Made by a program: the position numbers and the translations under genes. Positions 9,690-21,141 of a stretch of DNA of 64,000 nt are shown here, one piece after another (within the stretch, counting starts at the first letter, position 1; each line of letters starts with the position of its first letter). The notes below the pieces were generated by a model. It searched no databases, was not told where the DNA came from, and was given only the letters and a program-made list of their open reading frames with translations. Source of the stretch: Histomonas meleagridis 2922-C6/04-290x (Eukaryota; Protista; Parabasalia); the NCBI GenBank assembly GCA_020184695.1, contig JAANOX010000232.1:186001-250000 (forward strand). Reading direction: 5' to 3'.

Positions 9690-12044
9690 TCATTTCCTTA
9701 CCTCTTCCTTGAAGTATTGATTTGCACCGCTTATAATTCCATAAAACTCAATCTGTGACAAACACAAAACATTTTGTTTTGCCTTATTTGGCCCATTCAT
9801 TCTCAATCTCAGCTTATTGTAGCTTCCAGTTTTCGTAGTGATGAAGTTATTAACTGCGAAACGCTGCGACAATTCGTTTTGATTCTTTCTTGAATCGATA
9901 ACATTCCATACGCTTCCACTATCATCGCATCCTTCTAGCACCCAGTTGGTCATGAAGTTCGGCCCTTCTCCAGAACGAAGTCGATATTGTTTAACTTCGA
10001 CATGAATATTTCCAAATCCGAACATTATAAATGGTTCTTTAATAAACGACACAGCTGGCGATGCCCACATTCCGCCATTCTTGTAGAAGTTAGGGTCAAC
10101 TAAATGGAATGGGTCACAAGCAGTTTTGATAGTTATTCGATTTTTATGCTTACTGTTAGTTCGTAAGTAATTTACGAGGCCATTCCATTCGTGCCCTTGT
10201 TTATACGGGAAATTAAATGGACTTTTATCATCTGTTGATTGGCCATAAAATTCAATGCTTTTAAATGAGAGACAAAAGTTATTCCTAGAATTGGCCCCTG
10301 TTTGAACAAGTCGAATGTAACGAAAAGGTTGGACATTTTTGTCGCATTTCCATGTGCCCATTTTTCCTTTTCCTTTGAGCACGTTGGCATCCGAAATTGA
10401 ATGGATCGTTTGCCACTTTTCTTCATCGTTGGAACCGTCTAACCGCCACTGGCGGAGGTGAGGTGAATCTCTGGATAAACCATTCATAATTGAATAGGCC
10501 TTTACAACGAATTCAATTTTTCCGAGGTCAAATTGAATCCACATGTTTTCAATTGGAGGGGATGTGTAACAATCATTACCAGTGGATGATGGATGATCAA
10601 GAATTGTATTAACGTTAGAAGAGCCTTGAATATCAACAATATCGTATACAGGAAATCGAGAACCTTTTTGAAGAAATCCAAAAATACCAAAATCAGGATT
10701 TTGTGGATTGAAATTAATGTCATACACAGCACCAAAACCAAGAATACTAGAAAGAGATTCTCGAATAGCAGCAAGATTTGCACCTGGTTCTTTGATCATC
10801 TGTCGAACTTGTTGGCTGTTCATGGATGATGAATATTTGATCAAGTAAGGCATAAGAATGGCGTGAGCGCTTTTATCTTTCTTACAAAACTCTAATAACC
10901 ATTTTGATAATTCTTTCGATTCGCTATGGTTCTCTGAAAGACGGATAAGAACTTGACGAATGATTTCATGTGGTAGGGATTTAAGTTGTTGGCCTTCAAG
11001 GAACTTAGAAATATTTGTTGCAATGTAATCAATATGTTTATCAAGTGGAAGATTATGCTTATAGAGCTCTTGAACAAAGTAAAACGCAAGCGATGGATCT
11101 GTAAAATCGTTTATAAGGTGTAATGTAGCTGATTTAAGTGTTTGGATTCCAAGATAATCGGAACATAAAAGAAGGAAAACGGCATTATCTGGACATATTC
11201 GAATTTGCCTTCCATTAAGAGTATCGACAATGAGGTCGAATGGGCCTGGAATATCAATTGGAATTTCTAAATAATTATTTGTCAAATTTTTTTCGGTGTT
11301 TTGAAGGACTTGCTCTTTGATTCTGGAAGAGTATTGGGAAGCAAGAAGAGAATTAACGTAATAGCTGTTATTAAGATGGCGAATTTCAAAGTCAAACCAT
11401 CGATTAAATTGAATACGATTTGGAATATTGTTTAAGATTGGCGTTGAAACTATGGCTGGAATGTCAGGGTCTTGATCTGTAAAGTTTAGGGCCTCAATAT
11501 CGAACATTGGATGACATAATTGGAATCCAGGCGATGATAGATTTACAATTGCACTTTCTCGAAGGTTACTATCACCAATATTAATAATTGCCATTCCAGG
11601 TAGAGGGTCCTTGCCATAAGAAGCCGGATGTAAAATTTTGATTGATTGAAATGGGAAATTTTTGGATTTAAAAACTTTTGATATAGAATCGACATCTTGT
11701 GATGGGCTCTTGAAGAATAGGAAAATGGATTTTTTGTATTGGTTAGAGATGCTATTAGGATTTCTGAGTGTTTGAAGAATATTTCCACTTATTATTTTTG
11801 GAGTCTGATCTCTAAGACATTGTTCTGCGCTTGCACTCAATGTATATTCTATAACAGCCACTCCAATTGGGTAAGGGATACAAATTTCTTCTTGTGCAGT
11901 AAAACTATTTTGGAAAAAATATTGGTTGAAAAATTTTATTCGCTTGATTGGACCATACTTTGCATAGAGATTAGTAACATCTACAATTGTAGCGGTAATT
12001 GGTAAGTTTGAAATATAAACTCTATGCTTTCCACTGGGAATCAT
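9690..12044 (-). CDS. RRM + BTB/BACK-like + tandem F5/8 type C (discoidin-like) domain protein
   Basis: RNP-like RVYISNLP...YAKYGPIKRI; BTB-like FDLIVDTLNGRQIRICPDNAVFLLLCSDYLGI; two discoidin-like units (WIQFDL...HLRQWRLDGSND...FRYIRLVQTG.N...IEFYG, and NWVLEGCD...LRLRMNGPN...IEFYG). First ATG is at 12044; the track start at 12080 is non-ATG. Confidence 0.8.
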   Translation of the reverse strand: MIPSGKHRVYISNLPITATIVDVTNLYAKYGPIKRIKFFNQYFFQNSFTAQEEICIPYPIGVAVIEYTLSASAEQCLRDQTPKIISGNILQTLRNPNSISNQYKKSIFLFFKSPSQDVDSISKVFKSKNFPFQSIKILHPASYGKDPLPGMAIINIGDSNLRESAIVNLSSPGFQLCHPMFDIEALNFTDQDPDIPAIVSTPILNNIPNRIQFNRWFDFEIRHLNNSYYVNSLLASQYSSRIKEQVLQNTEKNLTNNYLEIPIDIPGPFDLIVDTLNGRQIRICPDNAVFLLLCSDYLGIQTLKSATLHLINDFTDPSLAFYFVQELYKHNLPLDKHIDYIATNISKFLEGQQLKSLPHEIIRQVLIRLSENHSESKELSKWLLEFCKKDKSAHAILMPYLIKYSSSMNSQQVRQMIKEPGANLAAIRESLSSILGFGAVYDINFNPQNPDFGIFGFLQKGSRFPVYDIVDIQGSSNVNTILDHPSSTGNDCYTSPPIENMWIQFDLGKIEFVVKAYSIMNGLSRDSPHLRQWRLDGSNDEEKWQTIHSISDANVLKGKGKMGTWKCDKNVQPFRYIRLVQTGANSRNNFCLSFKSIEFYGQSTDDKSPFNFPYKQGHEWNGLVNYLRTNSKHKNRITIKTACDPFHLVDPNFYKNGGMWASPAVSFIKEPFIMFGFGNIHVEVKQYRLRSGEGPNFMTNWVLEGCDDSGSVWNVIDSRKNQNELSQRFAVNNFITTKTGSYNKLRLRMNGPNKAKQNVLCLSQIEFYGIISGANQYFKEEVRK

Positions 12045-12345
12045 GAATGTTTTGCAGGAAAGTTTCGAAAAGTGCCACAAATAAACTACTTAATTATTTC
12101 TTCAACAGCTTCATGTTTATCAATATAAATTAACACACTGTTTTATGGTTTAGTAAATTTAAATGTTGACAATTTGATATAAAGGATGCATTTGTTTAAA
12201 ACAAAATAGTTAAATTATTTCTCGATCAAATATTAGTTTAGCACATTTGATTTTAATTTTTGTAATTTAATATATCGGTCTATGTAAACATAAAAAAAAT
12301 CAATCAAAACGAAATTTTACTTATGTTTAAATTCATTGATTCGGT

Positions 12346-15300
12346 TTAATCAAAATAAACGAATTTATTTTCTTTGAAATCAACTGCAAATGGATCTTCA
12401 TCAATATTCATAAGTGAAGCTCCTGTTTCTAATGTGTTTTCACAACCATTTCCCTCAATGCTTTTCACTTCTAATTCACTTGAATTCTTTTTACGTAGAA
12501 TATGAATTATCAAAATAGTAATTAATATGAGAACAATAATTACTACTGCAACTGAAACAGAAATAGCTACGATTGGTATTGAATTATTGTTTTCATAAGT
12601 TCCTTGTGCATATAGTATAGTATATGAATAGAAATAATGACTATAATATAAGGTATATCTAATAACTGTGTATTCATAGAAAATAAATATTGTTTGAACA
12701 TATGTAAACATTGAGTTTAATTGCGAAATGTAACCAGATACTGATTGTGTCATATTTAAAATAGAAAATGATTGCATAATTTGCAATGAGTATGATAACG
12801 AAAATGTGATTGAATATGTCGCATCGCTCATAAGCTGTGAATTTGAAGATGTTAATGTATTTGATTGTGTAAAACTATTTGATTCGGAAAATGTATTTGA
12901 TTCAGAAAATGTATTCGATTTGGTGAAAGTATTTGAAGGTGTAAATGAATTTGATGGTGTACATGTGAATGATTTTGTCGGCATTGGATCGCACTCATCA
13001 AGAGTTATTCCTTTACTAACATTTAATTCACCAAATTTGTCGCCTTGGTAATCATCATATACCATTACTGTGCCTGTTGCAATGCTGGTAAAACCTCTTG
13101 ATGAAGGAGGTGTTCTCCCTGCAAAATAAATGCATTTTAGATTTCCACAATTTGAAAAAGCATATCCACCAACAGTTAACTTAATATCTCCATTAAAGTA
13201 AACGGAATTTAAGTTTCCACAGTAATCAAATGCAAAAGCTTCAACAGTTAAAGCATTGCCAACATTAAAAATGACGGAATATACGCCACTATACATAAAG
13301 GAATATGCACCAATCGTTAAATCCATTCCTACACTAAAGTTAACGGAATCAGTGCTACAGTACTCAAAGTTGTATGATCCAAAATAAAAGTTTTTGCCGA
13401 CATTAAAACAAATCAAATCTGGGCTGCCACCAAAAACATATGAATTAATGGTTAAATCCAATCCTACATTAAAGTAAACAAAATCTAAATTATTACAACC
13501 ACTAAAAGCATATGAACTAATTGGTAAATTGTTTGTAGCATTAAAACATATGGTCTTTAGATTAGTACAACGGGTGAAAGCATATGTATCAATTATTGGG
13601 TCCTTTTCCAAAGAAAAGTAAAGAGAATTAAGATCTTCTATCCCAGTAAATGCAAAAGATCCAATATACAAAACAGAATTATTATTATTAATTTTAACAT
13701 TATATAAGTTCGTAGTATAATAAAATGCATAATTTCCAAGATATGCTATATTCTCTGATTCAAATGTAGACATTAAAGAACAATAATAAAATGCACTATT
13801 TCCAATTGTTACAACAGATTTAGGTATAGAAATATTTTCTATGGAACATTTGTAAAATGCATAATCTCCAATAGTTGTAACTTTATCAGGAATTGTAATA
13901 TTAGTTAAAAATGTACATTGATAAAATGAGTAATTTCCAATATTGGTAACTGAATTCGGAATTTCAAAATATTGATTTGATTTTCCTGGTGGATACAAGA
14001 TAATATTTGATATATTTTTGTTATACAGAACGCCATCATCTTCGAAATTAGAATAATTTGGATTATCTTTTGAAATATTTATATATTGAAGAGAATTACA
14101 TTGATAAAATGCAAAATCTCCAATAGTTTCAGTTGAATCAGGAATTGTAATATTAATTAAATTCGTACATTGATAAAATGCATGGTTTCCAATTGATATA
14201 ACTGAATTTGGAATTATTATTTCACTTAAATTACATTTAGAAAATACATAATTTCCGATATTTTTTGTGCTTTCTCCAATGAAAACTGATGACAAACTAG
14301 AACAGCAATAAAATGCAAAATCTCCAATTTCTAGAACAGAAATTGAGATTTCGATAATATTTAGCTTTGTGCATTGATAGAAAGCATAATCTTCAATATC
14401 TATAACTGAATCTGGAATTTCAACATTATTTAAAATACTATATGAAAATGCATATTCTTTTATTACTCTAACTGTATTGGGAATTTCAAAATATTGGTCT
14501 GATTTTCCTGGTGGATAGAAGATAATATTTGATATATTTTTGTTATAAAGAACACCATCATCTTCGAAATTAGAATAATTTGGATTATCTTTTGAAATAT
14601 TAATATATTGAAGAGAATTACATTGATAAAATGCATTAAATCCAATTGTTGTAACTGATTTTGGAATTGTAATATTAATTAAATTTGTACATTGATAAAA
14701 TGCATAGTTTCCAATTGTTATTATATTATCTCCATTAATGATTGTTGTTAATTGATTACAATAACCAAATGCATAATCACCTAATAATGTTACTGAATTC
14801 GGAATCATAATATTATTCAAATTGCTACAATAATAAAATGCATAGTTTCCAATTGTTGTTATATTATCTCCATTAATGATTGTTGTTATTTGATTACAAT
14901 AACCAAATACATAATCACCTAATAATGTTACTGAATTTGGAATCGTAATATTATTCAAATTTCTACAATAATAAAATGCATAATTTCCAATTTTTGTTAC
15001 TGAATTTGGAATTGTAATATTCTTTAGTTCATTGCAGCTATAAAATAGATAGTCTCCAATCTGTTCTAAATTTTCGCTAATTACAATAAATTCTAATTTA
15101 GAACAATAATAAAATGCATAATTTCCAATTTTTGTTACAGAATTTGGAATTGTAATATTATTTAGTTCATAACAGTAATTAAATGCATAATTTCCAATCT
15201 CTTCTACATTTTCATTAAAATTCACAATTTTCAATTTTGAACTTGAACCAAAAGCGAAATCTCCAATTGTTTTAACTGAATTTCCAATTGTGATTTCATA

Positions 15301-17109
15301 TGTATTGTAGCAAGAACAAAATGCATAATGTCCAACAGATATAACAGAATCAGGAATTGTAATATTATTTAAGTTCGAACAATAATAAAATGAATAATCT
15401 CCAATAGTTGTAACTGAATTAGGGATTGTAATGTTCTTTAGTTCATAGCAATTATAAAATGAATAATTACCAATAGTTATAACTGAATTAGGGATTTCAA
15501 AATATTGGTCTGGTTTTCCTTGTGGATACAAGATAATATTTGATCTATTTTTGTTATAAAGAACACCATCATCTTCGAAATTAGAATAATTTGGGTTATC
15601 TTTTGAAATATTAATATATTGAAGAGAACCGCATCGATAAAATGCAAAATTACCAATTGTTGTTACTGATTTTGGAATTGTAATATTACATAAACCATAA
15701 CAATAATAAAATACGTAATCTCCAATAGTTGTAACTGAATTAGGGATTTCAAAATGTTGGCCTGATTTTCCTGGTGGATAAAAGATAATAGATGAAATAT
15801 CTTTATTGTAAAGAACGCTGTCTTCTTCAAAATTGGAGTAATTTGGATTCTCTTTTGAAACATTTATTTGTCGAAGAGAACCACTTTGATAAAATGCATT
15901 AGTTTCAATTGTGGTAACTGATTTCGGAATAATAATCTGATATAAACGCTCACATTGACAAAAGGCATATTCTTTGATTGTTGTAACTAAATTTGGAATT
16001 ACAAAAGGTTCTCCTGTTTTTCCTTGCGGATAATAGATAATGGTTGAAATGTTTTTATTATAAAGGACACCATCACCTTCGAAATTAGAATAAATTGGAT
16101 TCTCTTTTGAAACATTTATTTGTTGAAGATAATTACATAAATGAAATACATTATATTCAATTTTTATTACTGACTTTGGGATAATAATATCATATATGCG
16201 TTCACAACGACAAAATGCATAATCACCAATTGTTGTAACTGAATTTGGAATTATAATATCATATAAATTATAACAATAATAAAATGCATATTCTCCAATT
16301 GTTGTTACTGAATTTGGAATTACAATATTGTATAAATTATAACAATAATAAAATGCATAATTTCCGATTGTTGTAAGTGAATTCGGCATTGTGATTGTAC
16401 TCAAAATTGTACAATTTGTAAATGCATAATCACCAATTATTTTGATTGAGTTTTCCATGGTAATATATCTTATTGATCTGCATTCTATAAACGTGTTGTT
16501 TGGAATTTCAATGATTCCGGCTGCAATGATAATGGTTTCTGCTTCGTATTTTCGAAAGTCGTTGAAATCATTAAAATTTCTAATAGTTAATGTTTTTGAT
16601 TCTAAGTCATATTGTTGTAATGTACGTGTAAAGAACATGAAGAAAATTAATAATGAAAACATATTAATTACAGAGTTTCTGATTTTATATATCCTTGCTT
16701 TAATTATTATGGATAAAATCAACACAAACATTGAAAACTGTTGAGTTAAAAGAAAAACATTTTTAAAGAATATATTCTTTGGGTTATAAACCAATGTAGT
16801 GAAAATATAATGGATGGGAAACAATTGATCCATATGCACAGGAATAATTGCATTATTACTTAATCCGTATGTATTTATTATATCCAGCATTCTACAATTT
16901 GAAACTAATGATCGAATATTTGCTCTAATATTACCTATAAAGGTTTTGTTTGCAGTAGAAATTTCATGTTTTATTGAGCTTGCATTATGTAATGGGAAAT
17001 TACAATGATCCATTTGGAGTTGTTTCTTTTCTTCTTTAACGATATGAGGAGATAGGGTTTTGTATAAAATTATCATAAGGGAAAGAAAGGAATAGGCTTT
17101 CATGGCCAT
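12346..17109 (-). CDS. BspA-like leucine-rich repeat (TpLRR/LRR_5) type I surface protein
   Basis: Dozens of IxIPNSVTTIGxYAFYxCxxL repeats; five SKDNPNYSNFEDDGVLYNKN..I..YP modules; Ser/Thr stalk (SNTFT hexamers); TM IVAISVSVAVVIIVLILITILII; tail EDPFAVDFKENKF. Confidence 0.95.
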   Translation of the reverse strand: MAMKAYSFLSLMIILYKTLSPHIVKEEKKQLQMDHCNFPLHNASSIKHEISTANKTFIGNIRANIRSLVSNCRMLDIINTYGLSNNAIIPVHMDQLFPIHYIFTTLVYNPKNIFFKNVFLLTQQFSMFVLILSIIIKARIYKIRNSVINMFSLLIFFMFFTRTLQQYDLESKTLTIRNFNDFNDFRKYEAETIIIAAGIIEIPNNTFIECRSIRYITMENSIKIIGDYAFTNCTILSTITMPNSLTTIGNYAFYYCYNLYNIVIPNSVTTIGEYAFYYCYNLYDIIIPNSVTTIGDYAFCRCERIYDIIIPKSVIKIEYNVFHLCNYLQQINVSKENPIYSNFEGDGVLYNKNISTIIYYPQGKTGEPFVIPNLVTTIKEYAFCQCERLYQIIIPKSVTTIETNAFYQSGSLRQINVSKENPNYSNFEEDSVLYNKDISSIIFYPPGKSGQHFEIPNSVTTIGDYVFYYCYGLCNITIPKSVTTIGNFAFYRCGSLQYINISKDNPNYSNFEDDGVLYNKNRSNIILYPQGKPDQYFEIPNSVITIGNYSFYNCYELKNITIPNSVTTIGDYSFYYCSNLNNITIPDSVISVGHYAFCSCYNTYEITIGNSVKTIGDFAFGSSSKLKIVNFNENVEEIGNYAFNYCYELNNITIPNSVTKIGNYAFYYCSKLEFIVISENLEQIGDYLFYSCNELKNITIPNSVTKIGNYAFYYCRNLNNITIPNSVTLLGDYVFGYCNQITTIINGDNITTIGNYAFYYCSNLNNIMIPNSVTLLGDYAFGYCNQLTTIINGDNIITIGNYAFYQCTNLINITIPKSVTTIGFNAFYQCNSLQYINISKDNPNYSNFEDDGVLYNKNISNIIFYPPGKSDQYFEIPNTVRVIKEYAFSYSILNNVEIPDSVIDIEDYAFYQCTKLNIIEISISVLEIGDFAFYCCSSLSSVFIGESTKNIGNYVFSKCNLSEIIIPNSVISIGNHAFYQCTNLINITIPDSTETIGDFAFYQCNSLQYINISKDNPNYSNFEDDGVLYNKNISNIILYPPGKSNQYFEIPNSVTNIGNYSFYQCTFLTNITIPDKVTTIGDYAFYKCSIENISIPKSVVTIGNSAFYYCSLMSTFESENIAYLGNYAFYYTTNLYNVKINNNNSVLYIGSFAFTGIEDLNSLYFSLEKDPIIDTYAFTRCTNLKTICFNATNNLPISSYAFSGCNNLDFVYFNVGLDLTINSYVFGGSPDLICFNVGKNFYFGSYNFEYCSTDSVNFSVGMDLTIGAYSFMYSGVYSVIFNVGNALTVEAFAFDYCGNLNSVYFNGDIKLTVGGYAFSNCGNLKCIYFAGRTPPSSRGFTSIATGTVMVYDDYQGDKFGELNVSKGITLDECDPMPTKSFTCTPSNSFTPSNTFTKSNTFSESNTFSESNSFTQSNTLTSSNSQLMSDATYSITFSLSYSLQIMQSFSILNMTQSVSGYISQLNSMFTYVQTIFIFYEYTVIRYTLYYSHYFYSYTILYAQGTYENNNSIPIVAISVSVAVVIIVLILITILIIHILRKKNSSELEVKSIEGNGCENTLETGASLMNIDEDPFAVDFKENKFVYFD

Positions 17110-17799
17110 AAATATTTATGGAACAATTCCAACAGTTGACATCATTCAATTATTCTGAGTTAATTTTTTGCGGTTCATGATAGAATTTTTCAGATGGGTT
17201 ATTTTAAATGGTCAAGCTGATTTTTTTCAAATGAAAATATTGGTATAAGTTCTTAATTTTATGTGTTACTATTTATAAAATATAATAAAATAATAATAGT
17301 TTTATTAATTATAAGGAAAATGTTGATAGTATTTATCTTTTTTTATTGAGATAATGCTATTTAAGAAAAAAAATACTTTTCTATTCATAGCTGTTACATG
17401 CTTTTTGACAGTTCTTCTGGTAACTTTTTGGGTGAAAATACAACCAAATTTGGTTGTAAAAAATCAGCTATGAATGGGTCCCAAAAGCTCCAAGCTTTTT
17501 CACAGGTTGGAACAACGATAATTCAATTCAATAATGTTCGTCCATTTTCAATTCATTTTAACAGTTTTTTATTATGTCACTTCATTTTGATATGGCTGTG
17601 AAGTCATGAACAACATTGACCGAAAAGGTCGTGAAAAAACATTTTGACTTGAGAAGATGACAAATTTTTAGATATCATACTTCTATTATAATTATATAAT
17701 TGTTTCTTCGAAAAAGATGGAAAACATTGCTTGAATGTTATCAATTAAAAATATAGTTACTATAAAATAATTGACAAATATTTAAGCCATCAAACCAAC

Positions 17800-18700
17800 A
17801 AAACTATATTAAGTATGTTAAAGATAACTGCAAAAAATCTATACACAAAAATTCCGTAAACGAATATTGGTACAGAATTACCTCCATTACTTTTATGTTA
17901 TCGCAAATATATAACAATTCAACTAAAAGAAGAAGAAACCAAGTAAAACATTTAATGTTTATATGTTTTTTGAAAACTCAAGACATCTTCCAAAAATCAT
18001 AACAATACAAAACTATAAAAATAGTTGATGTAAATATTATTAGAATAATTGGAATTTCATTTCATTAACTTTATTACAAAAAAGAGTTAATCAAAAACTT
18101 TTGATTACTTTTTAAAAAATGTTGAAGAGATTTCAAAAAAGGATTGGGAATTAAATAAGAAATTAATTAAAGAAGGACAGAATCCAACTGAAAAATAATT
18201 CGAAATGATGAAATGGAAAAACTTCAAGAAATATCGTCACAAACAAAATTTTGATTTTAATTAAATTATATAATCATCACTTTATGAAAAATGTACATTT
18301 TTGATCAAAAGAATATTACATTAATTGATTATGCACCATTTCTTGGCTCAATTAAATGTTTTAAATATTTACTTATAAATAATGATATAAAGAATTTTCA
18401 CATAGGTAAATATGCAGTTGCAATTGGAAATGCAGAAAAAATTTTTTATGTGAACAAAATCATGCATTATTTTATGAATCATATGAAATAGTAAATATGT
18501 TTCATCAAAATGAAAATAAATAATCACCAAAGAATAGATAATTAAAAGAATTAGGAACAAAATGTGTTTTATGAACTTTTTTAATTGAAAGAATGAAAAT
18601 TAATAAAGATATAATCATTGCTTCTATTACAAAAAGTAATTTATTTATCAATAGCACAACACTTTCTTGAAAAAAAGTTAACAAATTTTTTGGATATCGA
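17800..18700 (+). pseudogene. Heavily degraded DUF3447-type ankyrin gene
   Basis: Frameshifted remnants EEISKKDWELNKKLIKEGQNP, IRNDEMEKLQEISSQ and LIDYAPFLGSIKCFKYLLINND...GKYAVAIGN, homologous to the loci at about 2500 and 50300. Boundaries are approximate. Confidence 0.75.
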
Positions 18701-19584
18701 AACTATTTATGATAATGTAAATTATTTTAATGCTTAGTAAAAATATTAAACCCAAGCAAAACTTCATATTTTATCTTATATATATCTATACTCACATATA
18801 GTTTTGGCATTTAATTTCATTTAAATATATTTGCAATAAATTAAAAGAATTAATATAAAATACTTATAAATGGTAATTAAAATCGAAAAGGTAATGTGAT
18901 TTTTGCATAACAAATCATTAAGCCAAAAAAATTTTCGCTTTAAAGCCCATTTAATCCCCAACAGATCTAAAAGCGATAGATATCAATAAACAGACTCAGT
19001 GAAATTAGCTCTAACTTTTTGATTGTTAAAATGACCTCATATAATAAATGTCATTTTACTCCAATTAAATTTATATGCATATTATTGGTGTATGAAGCCA
19101 AATAAAGATTCAAAATTCTATCGTAATTATGAAAAAACTCATATCGGCAATATAACGATGAGGCAACAAAAAGTAAAGAAATCATTGACGAATAATATAT
19201 ATTAATATATATTAATTTTTAAAAATATTTTATTTAGCAATCTAATAAAATAATTTCAAAGTTACGATATATCTTAAAATAATTATATTTATACGATTAT
19301 AACCGATAATCACTTTTTAGAATTTCTCTGATCGTTTTTTTCACCGCCATTATTTTTTTACTTTGCACAATTTTAAAAGGAACCGCCATTTTTCTGGCGA
19401 AGTTCTTTTGAAAATCATTGAATAAATTCGTGTCCAAACGATAGAAATAATCATGATTCCGGCGGAATAATTGAATGCCGTTGCAACGGAAATTTTGCAT
19501 TCTAACGTACAAAACCGCTGTAAACCGTCACAATAATTGAAAAAGCAGTAAATTTTTGAGAGGCCGAAAACACAACCATTATTT

Positions 19585-21141
19585 ATGAGTGAACAAAATG
19601 TATATTATATATATAAACACAATGGTGAACCATATTATTTCAACGCGAAAACAGAAGAGCGTACTTGGGACTTCCCAACTGATGGCGTAGTAATTGATCC
19701 AAATACTCATCAATACATCTTAAATCCTAATACATCAAGAAGAAGAACAAGTACATTCGTAGTTTCTCATAAAAAAAAGCCGGACGTAGCAGTTGAACAT
19801 GATGACAAAAAAAAGAAGAAGCCTCATAAGAGATTTAACAAACGAATAATAACAAAAAAAGCAGGATCTCCATTAATTCCTAAACCCACTTCAGTTAAAA
19901 TACAAGAACCTGTTAGTCAAGGAAGCACTATTGATCCAACTTCATTATGTTCTGATAATGGGAAACCATTATATTATCCAAAGTCATTTGATTCAGATCT
20001 TAAAAATGATGATATTTCAAAATTATTTCAAAGTATTGTCGAGGAAAAGAAAGGCAGGAAATCATCACAATCTTATGGATTCCAAGATAAACCACTTATT
20101 GTTCCATTTTTGAAACATGATAAAAATGTAGCCAAAACAGCTCTTCGTATCTTCAAGTGCATTCTTATGTACACCGGAGTTAAGTCATCCAAGAAAGTTG
20201 ATGGAACAATTAATCAATTTGTTGAATTTGTCAAAAAAGATTCATCTCTTATCAATGAAACATATCTTTATCTCCTTAAGCAGACCAACACCATTCGTTA
20301 CGACACTGCCTTTGTTAAAACTCTTGAATTATTTCATGTCATGATATCCACGTTTGTTCCATCCAAAGAATATTTCCCATATATTCTTGGCCACCTTGCC
20401 CGTATCTCCACCAATAGTTCCAATGAGTCTGCTAAAGATTTAGCCTTCTATATATATATTCGCGCGATATCTCAATTTACCTCCGAAACCCCAATAACAG
20501 TACCTCTTGATCAAATCCTTACAGATTCCACCAAATCAACTCGACAATTTAATGTTAGTCTTCCAGAGATAATGTTTTCACAACAACGTACAAATCCGAA
20601 TCTTCCAATCCCAATTTTCCTTTACAAGATCATCAGTGAGCTCCTCTCAAAGGATTGTTTGCATACCCATGGAATATTCAGATTATCTGGAAAAACCGTT
20701 AATTTAGATCAATATCAAAACACAGCCAATTCTGGCGATTTTAGCTTTTTGGCATCCATAGATGTCTATGATCTTTCATCGTTATTCAAATCATGGATCC
20801 GTAGTATATCCGGAGCAATCTTAACGAAACAATTAACTGAACGTTTGGTCCAAAGTAAAAAGGAACAATATATGGACATAGTTAACGCGATGGACGTAAT
20901 CAATCGGAACGTTTTGATGTATTTGGTCGGGTTCTTGAAGAAACAACAAGAAACTTCAGAAGAAACGAAAATGGACATTGGAAACCTTGCGATGGTATTC
21001 AGTCTGAACATAATATATCCGACAGAAAACCCGGACTTAATCGTCAGGTTACAAACAGCCGCTTCCGCTTTTGTGGAATTCTTAATTAATGAATGGGATA
21101 CGAGTCCGTTATATCCATTGCCGAATGTGTTCAAAATTTGA
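19585..21141 (+). CDS. WW + MyTH4 + RhoGAP protein (ARHGAP39/Vilse-like architecture)
   Basis: WW-like PYYFNAKTEERTWDFP; MyTH4-like ALRIFKCILMYTG...LINETYLYLLKQT; RhoGAP HGIFRLSG (Arg finger), SSLFKSWIRSI and KMDIGNLAMVFSLNI. Confidence 0.85.
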   Translation: MSEQNVYYIYKHNGEPYYFNAKTEERTWDFPTDGVVIDPNTHQYILNPNTSRRRTSTFVVSHKKKPDVAVEHDDKKKKKPHKRFNKRIITKKAGSPLIPKPTSVKIQEPVSQGSTIDPTSLCSDNGKPLYYPKSFDSDLKNDDISKLFQSIVEEKKGRKSSQSYGFQDKPLIVPFLKHDKNVAKTALRIFKCILMYTGVKSSKKVDGTINQFVEFVKKDSSLINETYLYLLKQTNTIRYDTAFVKTLELFHVMISTFVPSKEYFPYILGHLARISTNSSNESAKDLAFYIYIRAISQFTSETPITVPLDQILTDSTKSTRQFNVSLPEIMFSQQRTNPNLPIPIFLYKIISELLSKDCLHTHGIFRLSGKTVNLDQYQNTANSGDFSFLASIDVYDLSSLFKSWIRSISGAILTKQLTERLVQSKKEQYMDIVNAMDVINRNVLMYLVGFLKKQQETSEETKMDIGNLAMVFSLNIIYPTENPDLIVRLQTAASAFVEFLINEWDTSPLYPLPNVFKI

